Part shown: positions 57,061-64,000 of the stretch, piece by piece | Numbering within the stretch: position 1 is the stretch's first letter | Layout of the letters: each line of letters begins with the position of its first letter | From: Planctomycetota bacterium | GTDB taxonomy: Bacteria > Planctomycetota > SZUA-567 > H5-PLA8 | Reading direction: 5' to 3' | Length of the DNA: 64,000 nt | Assembly (NCBI GenBank): GCA_038227875.1 | Contig: JBBRPR010000008.1 | Coordinates: 96,001 to 160,000, forward strand | Notes under the pieces: generated by a model | What the model was told of the DNA's origin: nothing | Database searches by the model: none | Seen by the model: only the letters and a program-made list of their open reading frames with translations | Program-made: the position numbers and the translations under genes

Positions 57061-57283
57061 CTGGTGCCATGGATGTGCGGCGGCTTGAGCGTAGCGAAAG
57101 CGGCCGCTCATCCGTGCGGTAAGCATGGACTTCGCGGAGCGTGACGCACGGATGAGCATATTTCTTCGCTACGCTTAGAAATCTGCACATTACCGTGCGG
57201 TATGCATGGGCTACGCCGCGCGTCTCGCACGGATGAACGTATTTCTTCGCTACGCTCAGAAATCCGCGCATCCGTGGCACCAG
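57061..57283. repeat. REP/BIME- or MITE-like composite element
   Basis: Terminal inverted repeats CTGGTGCCATGGATGTGCGG / CCGCGCATCCGTGGCACCAG (18/20); internal direct repeats with 81-bp period starting at 57112 and 57193. Confidence 0.8.
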
Positions 57284-57331
57284 ATCAACGCGCCTCTTTC
57301 GCAAGGCAGCTTCATGGGGTATCATAACTAC

Positions 57332-57589
57332 ATGGAACCGCGCCTGATCTACATCTGCGAAATCTGTCAGACGGTGCTTGAAGAACACCACTGCAAAGCG
57401 CAGTGCCCGAACTGTGGGCGCATGTTCGATTGCAGCGACCTCCCGCTGATCCCAGCCAACGGCGCGATTGATGACGGCGAATATGTGGCTCGTCCAGGTG
57501 CGCTGCCGCCCCAGTCCTTTCCCGAAACAAAATCCGGACAGAAACAAACGCCTGGCGCGGACGAGGCCAAGGTTGCGGATCTTCCCTGA
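57332..57589 (+). CDS. Small zinc-finger protein
   Basis: CEICQTVLEEHHCKAQCPNCGRMFDCSD; the longer upstream in-frame ORF reads through the repeat element. Confidence 0.7.
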   Translation: MEPRLIYICEICQTVLEEHHCKAQCPNCGRMFDCSDLPLIPANGAIDDGEYVARPGALPPQSFPETKSGQKQTPGADEAKVADLP

Positions 57590-57644
57590 ACGCGGTAAAA
57601 TGAAGCGCGTTGTACGGGACTGCAAATTTCAAGGAGACTCAAAC

Positions 57645-58809
57645 GTGTCATTCAACTATTCGGACTGCAAGCAGGAACTCGCATCTGCCAACGAACGCAT
57701 CACCCAGCTGCGGGGGTCGCTTTGACGTCCCGGGACGCCAGCGCCGGCAGCGTGAAATTGAAAGCCAGATGGAAGGCCAGGGGTTCTGGGACGACAACGT
57801 CCGTGCTCAAGCCCTGATCGGCGAACTCAAGAACATCAAGAACATCCTCGGCGACTTCCCCACCTACGAACAGCAGGTCAAGGATCTCCAGGAACTGCTC
57901 GAACTGGCGGAAGCCGAAAAAGACGAAGGCACCGCCGAGCAGGTCCGCGCCGAAATCGTCAAGATCAACACCGAATTGAAGAGCTTCGAAATCAAGTCGC
58001 AGCTCACGGGCAAGAACGACCACCGCAACGCGTTCATCCGCTTCCAGGCCGGGGCGGGGGGCACGGAGAGCCGCGACTGGGCCGACATGCTGATGCGCAT
58101 GTATGTGCGTTGGGGCGAACGGCGCGGCTTCAAGGTTCACTTCTTCGACGTCGATTTCAATGAGGAAGCGGGCATCAAGTCCGCCGAATTGAAGATCGAA
58201 GGCCCGTTTGCTTACGGCTTCCTGAAGGGCGAAGCCGGCGTCCACCGTCTCGTCCGCATCTCCCCGTTCAACGCCGACGCCAAGCGCCAGACCAGCTTCG
58301 CGCGCGTGGAAGTCACGCCGGAATTCGAGCCTGGCGATTCGGAGATCGTCATCCCCGACAGCGACATCGAACGCGCGACCTGCCGCTCCGGCGGCGCGGG
58401 CGGCCAGCATGTGAACAAGACCGAATCGGTCGTGATCCTCAAGCACATCCCGACCGGCATCGTCGTGCGCTGCCAGATCGAACGCAGCCAGACACGCAAC
58501 GGCATCCTGGCGCTGGAACTGTTGAAAGCGAAACTCGCGCGCAAGAAGGAACTGGAACTCCAGGCCGAATCGAAGCTGACCTACGACAACAAGGACGACA
58601 TCGCCTTCGGCAGCCAGATCCGCTCGTACGTGCTCCAGCCCTACACGATGGTCAACGACCACCGCACCGAGCTGAAAGAGACCAACGCCGCCCGCGTGCT
58701 CGACGGCGATCTCGATCCGTTCATGGAAGCATTCTTGCGCTGGAAGATGGTCGAAGACCGCAAAGCCAGCGGCGCCCCCGGCGCTCCGCGCGCCGCTAAA
58801 GCGTCGTAA
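57645..58809 (+). CDS. prfB: Peptide chain release factor 2, programmed +1 frameshift
   Basis: AAGGAG then GTG 57645, 26 codons, CGG GGG TCG CTT TGA C, continuing in the +1 frame with SPF and GGQ motifs. Confidence 0.97.
57711..57726 (+). other. RF2 autoregulatory frameshift cassette
   Basis: Internal SD-like GGGGG, then CTT-TGA-C at 57720-57726. Confidence 0.93.
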
Positions 58810-58819
58810 TTTTTCCTCG

Positions 58820-58847
58820 AACAGTGGCGCCCTTAGGCGCTACTGTT
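58820..58847. terminator. Hairpin between convergent genes
   Basis: AACAGTGGCGCC-CTTA-GGCGCTACTGTT. Confidence 0.6.
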
Positions 58848-59463
58848 TCTCGACTTCCGGCGCATCATGCGCGCTGAAGTCCATGCCGGCCGGGGGAGGA
58901 AAGAGACTCCTGCGCCCGAGGATCTGGATCTTATCCCAGTAAGCTTTGAACATCGGGTTGGGCTTCTTGTCGGGACCGTATTTTTTCATCCAGTCGTAAA
59001 GCAGCGCGTAGTACTGCCAGCATTTCAGACCGGTGTATTGCGCTGAGTTGAGGACTTCGTAAAGTTCCATGTAATTGTAGTAGGCTTCCGGCGCGCGGGG
59101 ATGAGCCGGCCCCCAGCCGGTCTTCCCGTCTTCACTGCAGAGCCCGTTTAGTTTGCGGTTGTCGAAGACGGTCTTGCCTTTGGCGTCAGGCTGGATTCCC
59201 AGAAAACTCTTATACATTTCCATCGCGTTTTTGGAATCGCCGCAGACATAGCCGCGGAAATACGCCAACTGCAGGTAGCGGTCTGCCCACGGGCTGTCGC
59301 GTCGTTCGGCCTCGGGAGTCTCTTTGTACTTTTCAATGACCTTGTCGCACATCCACTGCTGGCCGCCATCGGACATCAGCACTACCATCAACGCCAGCAT
59401 CGCGCCGATGAACAGTACAATGAGCTTCCATTTCCAACTCAGTCTTCGAAGCCAACCAATCAT
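58840..59463 (-). CDS. Hypothetical N-terminally anchored protein
   Basis: One TM followed by a Tyr/Trp-rich helical domain. Confidence 0.75.
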   Translation of the reverse strand: MIGWLRRLSWKWKLIVLFIGAMLALMVVLMSDGGQQWMCDKVIEKYKETPEAERRDSPWADRYLQLAYFRGYVCGDSKNAMEMYKSFLGIQPDAKGKTVFDNRKLNGLCSEDGKTGWGPAHPRAPEAYYNYMELYEVLNSAQYTGLKCWQYYALLYDWMKKYGPDKKPNPMFKAYWDKIQILGRRSLFPPPAGMDFSAHDAPEVEKQ

Positions 59464-59677
59464 GACGGCCTTTCTCCGCGCAACCTCAGCGGATGGACTT
59501 TCACGGCACGACCTCGATAACCAGCGGGATTATCTCCCGTAATGGAACAGTTTGGCAAATGAAAGTCCAACAATTTTGCGCCAGATGCATTTATTTTAAC
59601 GTGTTGATAGAGTGTTACTTCTGACATTAGATTCGGGCCGAGCTCACAGTGTGCTCAATCCTGTCACCACACAGGTG

Positions 59678-60685
59678 TCATTTTTTGTCAAAGCTGCTCA
59701 ACAACGGCAGCGTCCGGGAGTTGTCGGCGGATTCCTGGGCCCGGAGCGCGATTTCGGTGGTACGAAAGCCGTCATAGAGACTGATCGGCAGCGCAGACTT
59801 CGCCTGGATCGCTCGAATAAAATCGACGAACAGATCCCCCGGTGCCTCCAGTGGCAGCGGCGCAGAGGCCTTGGCCGTGATCAGCGTCGCCGTTCCGTCG
59901 GCCACGCGCGCCTCGACGACGCCCAGCTCTCCGGCGACGCGCACGCGGTCGTCGCCGTGCGTTGGCGCCGCATCGGGACGCAGATAGTCAAACGTCATCA
60001 CCGCCGAACCGCCAGATTTCAGTGTGAAGAGAAACGACCCGTGCGTCGCGCAACCGGGAAAGTCAGCGCGCCCCGCGCATACGCTGCCGTGAACATTCGT
60101 GAACACGTCGCCAATCATCCAGTACAGCCAGTCGATGGCATGAATGCCGACGAACGGCGCGATCCCCGGAAACGTGGCGCGCGTGCGAAAATAATCCGGC
60201 CGCGCATTTCCCCAGCGGTAGCTTTTCTGGCTGAACGCCACGTGCGGCGTCCCAATCGCGCCGGATGCAATCGCCGCACGCACCGCCATGAACTTCGGCA
60301 CACCGCGCATCATATGCATCGGCACGATTGGCGTGCCCGTGCGCCGCGCGACGGCGTAGAGCTGCTCCAACGCCGGAAGCGTCATTGCCAGCGGCTTCTC
60401 GCAGAAAACCGCGACGCCGCGTTCCAGGCATAGGGCGCTGAGCTCCGCCAGCCGGTCCGGCCGTGCGCAGATCTGCACCACATCAGGCCGGCAGCGCTCG
60501 AGTAATTCCAGCGCCGTCTCGAAGCGCGGCGTGGTCGCCGTAACTCCCGGCGCCGCATCAAAAGGCGCCAGCGCTTCGTCCGGCCCCGTGCGGCAGACCG
60601 CGCAGACTTCCGCGCCAGCAATAACTTTCAGCGTCCCGGCGTAGCTGTGCCAGTGACCTGTGTTCCCAAGCAATCCAATTTTCAT
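59678..60685 (-). CDS. Gfo/Idh/MocA-family oxidoreductase
   Basis: MKIGLLG, CEKPLA, IHAID. Confidence 0.9.
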   Translation of the reverse strand: MKIGLLGNTGHWHSYAGTLKVIAGAEVCAVCRTGPDEALAPFDAAPGVTATTPRFETALELLERCRPDVVQICARPDRLAELSALCLERGVAVFCEKPLAMTLPALEQLYAVARRTGTPIVPMHMMRGVPKFMAVRAAIASGAIGTPHVAFSQKSYRWGNARPDYFRTRATFPGIAPFVGIHAIDWLYWMIGDVFTNVHGSVCAGRADFPGCATHGSFLFTLKSGGSAVMTFDYLRPDAAPTHGDDRVRVAGELGVVEARVADGTATLITAKASAPLPLEAPGDLFVDFIRAIQAKSALPISLYDGFRTTEIALRAQESADNSRTLPLLSSFDKK

Positions 60686-60776
60686 GACGTGATTTTAATT
60701 CGGTCAGGCGAATCCCACCACCGCGAAACGGACCGGTATGCTTCGCCAATCCGCAATCCGCAATCCGAAATGCAGT

Positions 60777-62003
60777 TCAGCGCGTGGTTGTGATCGGGTC
60801 GCTTTCCGTCGGCTTCGGCGCGGCGCCGGGCTCGGGGATCTTCGGTGAATCGCTGCTGACCTGGATCCAATCCGGGCGCGTGCGTGTCACTTCCCACCAG
60901 CTCTTCCATTCGTCGACGCTGGGCTGCTTCTCGCCGGTCAGCACCTGCAGCGTTTCGTCCGCGGCGCGCTTGATCTTCGGCGCGTCGTTCTCCAGTTGTT
61001 CGAGCAGAAATTCGACGCTCGTCGCCGACTTGAACGAGGCCAGATGCTTTATGATCTCTTCGCGTCCCTGATGGTAGCGCTGGAACGCCTTGATGATGTA
61101 ATTGGGCGTCTGCTTTTCGCCGATCAACGCCAGCGAGTTGGCCGCAGAGTCGCGCAGCTTCTCGTCGTGTTCGTCGAGCACCGCTTCCAGCAGCGAGGCG
61201 CGAGCGTCCTTGGAATTCGCGCGCAACTGCCCCAGCGCGAACGCCGCGCAGACGCGCGTGTCGGAATCGTAGGCGTACTTCAAGGTGCGGACCAGAGCGT
61301 CAGCGGCTTTCGGATCGCCCAGGTAACCCAGCGCCATGCAGACACCGTCGAGCTTGTCGTCGCGGTTGGCCAGGCGGGTGACCAGGTCGTCGCAGGTGTT
61401 CGCGCCGGCCAGCTTCGCCACGCACTTGGCCGCTTCCATGCGCACCGGCTTGGAACGGTCGTTGAGCATCAAAATCGCCTGCTTCACCACATTGTCGCTC
61501 TTGTCGCCAATCTGGCCCAGCGCATCAAGCATGCCGCCGCGCTTGCGTTCACTTTCCTGTTCAATCTGATCGAGAATGTGCGGGACGATCGGCTTGCCTT
61601 CCGTGCGCAGAATGCGCATCATCCGGCCGTACTCATCGGGGTCGGCGTTTTCGAAGACGTTCATCGCACGTGCGACCAGTTCGATCCGGCGGCGCTTGTC
61701 ACCATCAGCGGCAGCAATCACCGCCTGCTGCAGCACCTTGATGTCCTCGGCCTTCCACGTGCCCTTCTCGGCGGCCTTCTTGATGTCCACGAGCGCATCG
61801 AGCGACGCATCGAAATGGCACTGCGAAGTTTTCATCTTCTGCGCGATGACTTCCGGCGCGATGCCCTGCTCCAGGGCGCGATTGAGCTTCTCGTTGTCGA
61901 GTAGCTCGCCGCCACGGGCGCGCGGCGCCAGCGACGCAAAACACGCAACCACGATCACGGCGCACACGGCTCCGGTGCGGGCATTTCGAACGGTCAATTC
62001 CAC
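60777..62003 (-). CDS. Secreted HEAT-repeat protein
   Basis: GTG with RBS AAGGAG, signal peptide, repeated ALGxLG/IG units, terminal LTG...WKSWW. Confidence 0.85.
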   Translation of the reverse strand: MELTVRNARTGAVCAVIVVACFASLAPRARGGELLDNEKLNRALEQGIAPEVIAQKMKTSQCHFDASLDALVDIKKAAEKGTWKAEDIKVLQQAVIAAADGDKRRRIELVARAMNVFENADPDEYGRMMRILRTEGKPIVPHILDQIEQESERKRGGMLDALGQIGDKSDNVVKQAILMLNDRSKPVRMEAAKCVAKLAGANTCDDLVTRLANRDDKLDGVCMALGYLGDPKAADALVRTLKYAYDSDTRVCAAFALGQLRANSKDARASLLEAVLDEHDEKLRDSAANSLALIGEKQTPNYIIKAFQRYHQGREEIIKHLASFKSATSVEFLLEQLENDAPKIKRAADETLQVLTGEKQPSVDEWKSWWEVTRTRPDWIQVSSDSPKIPEPGAAPKPTESDPITTTR

Positions 62004-62239
62004 AGAAAGTCTCCTTAGCCCAACACAGCAACCCGGCCTCTATCTACGAGGTCCCGTAACCTCAACTCAAATGCCTGTCATCCAACGATGATAGGTAGAC
62101 GATTGGGTGCCGAATGAGCAACATTAAATTTCGCCGATTTTCCCATCAATTGCAATTTAATTCACGTCTTAATCGACCCTTTCGCTATGCACATAACAAC
62201 ATAACAGGTATTTGACCCGTTAACGGCGAAGGCCGAACA

Positions 62240-62410
62240 GATGGGATCGGGGATCGGGCATCTGGCATCGGTTAATGGGTAGGATCGGTTTTTAATTCGT
62301 GACCCACTGCGAGTTGGCGGCGCTTCATAGCCAACGTTCTCAACTCAAGCAAAACTTCAGACTTCGCACCAAGCACACCCCTTAACCGATGCCCGATCCC
62401 CGATCTCATC
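62240..62410. repeat. Inverted heptamer-repeat element (GGGATCG/GGCATCG)n
   Basis: Left arm 62240-62280, right arm 62377-62410; outer 23 nt are 22/23 complementary. Confidence 0.75.
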
Positions 62411-63119
62411 AGTTCTTATTCTCAACGGGCAGCTGAGGAGGCGGCGTCGTAGCCCCAGCCCCCGCCTTCTGCTGACGGAAGTAAAGGTACGTCGACCAGG
62501 CGATGAAACCGACGAAATGCCCGACCAGCAGCGCCACGATTTCCGGCCAGATTGCGGACTTCGGGATCGGTGTGTTCCACGGCGGGATGCGCGATCCGTC
62601 GAGCTGCGCCGGCAGCAGAAACTTCAGCGCGATGAAGGCCAGCGCGTTGAACGCCACGATAAAGCCGACCATCACGCCCACGCCGCCGGGAATCTCGCCC
62701 TTGCGCGCTTTGCGGACGCTGTGACGGCCTTCGGTTGTCATCGGGTCCTGCTTGGCCGTGCCCGCCAGGCGCGGGCGTTTGTCGTCGACCTTGCGGAGAT
62801 GATCGGCTGCCGCCGCGACGTCGGCCTTCCGCTCCTCGGCCTTCTTGGCCTGAGCGTCCGGCTTTTTTTCCGTCTCGCTTTTCGGTTCGTCTTTCGATTT
62901 CTTCTCGGACTTCTGCGAATCCCGCGAGGCTGCTTTTGGATTGGGCGACGAGGAGGACGGTTCGGAGGCCGCGGTTTTCGCGTCAGCGGGCTCGACTTTG
63001 CCGTTACCGAGGTACCGGTATTTCCGGTCGCACCACGGGCACGTCAGAACATCATTCGGCTTTTTATCGCCGACATCGAACAAAACTTGGCCGCACGCGC
63101 ACGCCGCCGGTTGGGACAT
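62409..63119 (-). CDS. Zn-ribbon protein with two C-terminal TMs
   Basis: CACG...CPWC, low-complexity linker, two hydrophobic helices. Confidence 0.75.
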   Translation of the reverse strand: MSQPAACACGQVLFDVGDKKPNDVLTCPWCDRKYRYLGNGKVEPADAKTAASEPSSSSPNPKAASRDSQKSEKKSKDEPKSETEKKPDAQAKKAEERKADVAAAADHLRKVDDKRPRLAGTAKQDPMTTEGRHSVRKARKGEIPGGVGVMVGFIVAFNALAFIALKFLLPAQLDGSRIPPWNTPIPKSAIWPEIVALLVGHFVGFIAWSTYLYFRQQKAGAGATTPPPQLPVENKN

Positions 63120-63405
63120 GCGTGAGTTTCTACCACAGAGCGCGGATGGAGGAACGGATCATTTTCCATTTCCCGTTTTCCATTTCCCATCGAACGGCAT
63201 CCGCGATTCTACGCGCTCATCCGCGGCACAAAGTGAACCCGCGAGGGGTACGCGAAGCTAACAAGAACCGCATCGAAGACCACACGTCAGCAAGAAACGG
63301 TGCCGAGAAGACGGGTGCGCGATGGCGTCAGATGTCCCCGGTATTTTCTACCCATTCCAGCGCCGGCTTTGTTAAACTTCCGCGCATCTACATGAGGAAT
63401 TCGAG

Positions 63406-64000
63406 ATGAAAGCGTGTGTACTCGCAGTCGCATTTATCATCTCGGTTTCGGTGCGTGCCGAGGGTCCTCCGCCGATTGAACATATAGAATTAGTTCCGAA
63501 CAATGTCCGTATTAAACGCGAAAAGCTCGCCCGCGCCGTCCAATATCACATCAAGAATCTCGGAGATTCCGATGCCGATGTGCGGCAGTCTTCTATCGAA
63601 ATGTTGGCTGCGCTTGGAGCAACTCGGCCCACGTTTCCCGCACTGATTGCCGTGCTTGACCCGTGCCGGCACGAGCAAATAGCGGTGGAGATAGCAGCGC
63701 TGAATGCGCTGCGCAAATTGACGAACAACACGCTGGACTTCCGCGACTACGACGCTTGGAAATCGTGGTGGGACGAGGAGTCGAAATTGTCTGATGCAGC
63801 TTTTGTAACCCAAGCACTGGCGTGGAGTGGAAAGACCGATCCCCTTTTGCTGATGTATTCGTTCTGGGAGGGCCCGCTCGTGCTGGGAAGGACAGGTAAA
63901 GCGTTAAAAATAGATATTCGCGAGTCTGGAGTAACTTCGATTCTTACCTGGCCTGCCCGAGTCGTCGAATGGTCGATGTTTTCTGAAGCGGCGAATTCGA
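63406..64000 (+). CDS. Secreted HEAT-repeat protein, partial (runs off the window edge)
   Basis: Manual translation: RBS GAGG, MKACVLAVAFIISVSVRA...NLGDSDADVRQSSIEMLAALG...ALRKLT...WKSWW, open to the edge; not in the ORF track. Confidence 0.75.
   Translation, partial: MKACVLAVAFIISVSVRAEGPPPIEHIELVPNNVRIKREKLARAVQYHIKNLGDSDADVRQSSIEMLAALGATRPTFPALIAVLDPCRHEQIAVEIAALNALRKLTNNTLDFRDYDAWKSWWDEESKLSDAAFVTQALAWSGKTDPLLLMYSFWEGPLVLGRTGKALKIDIRESGVTSILTWPARVVEWSMFSEAANS

Noticed and set aside
57112..57270. 81-bp-period direct repeats as a CRISPR array
   Set aside because: Only two units, similar along their whole length with no unique spacers, and nested in inverted repeats.

Overview
GC-rich bacterial chromosome segment, probably Planctomycetota (inferred from Zn-ribbon/TM proteins, HEAT/WD40/PQQ-propeller proteins and the Bat operon). 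At the left edge is the 5' part of a type I-E Cascade large-subunit gene (casA/cse1/cas8e, minus strand, 722 to the edge). It is missing from the ORF track and has no cas3 or CRISPR array upstream. It is transcribed divergently from a nitrogen island: glnK, amtB, sensor kinase, NarL-type regulator and a second amtB, with two matching sigma54-like promoters and shared palindromic upstream sites. The rest of the window holds an anti-sigma/GspG-like fusion, osmC, recA, a beta-helix protein, tauE, an orphan trpB, a moxR-DUF58-Bat operon, a WD40 protein, a ~3070-aa mosaic secreted protein beside putative glycoside hydrolases, a matrixin-PKD protease, dinB-like, korAB, a REP/MITE-like element, prfB with its +1 frameshift, an oxidoreductase and HEAT proteins. 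Intergenic heptamer-repeat hairpins recur throughout. All family calls are by-eye motif recognition; no database searches were run.
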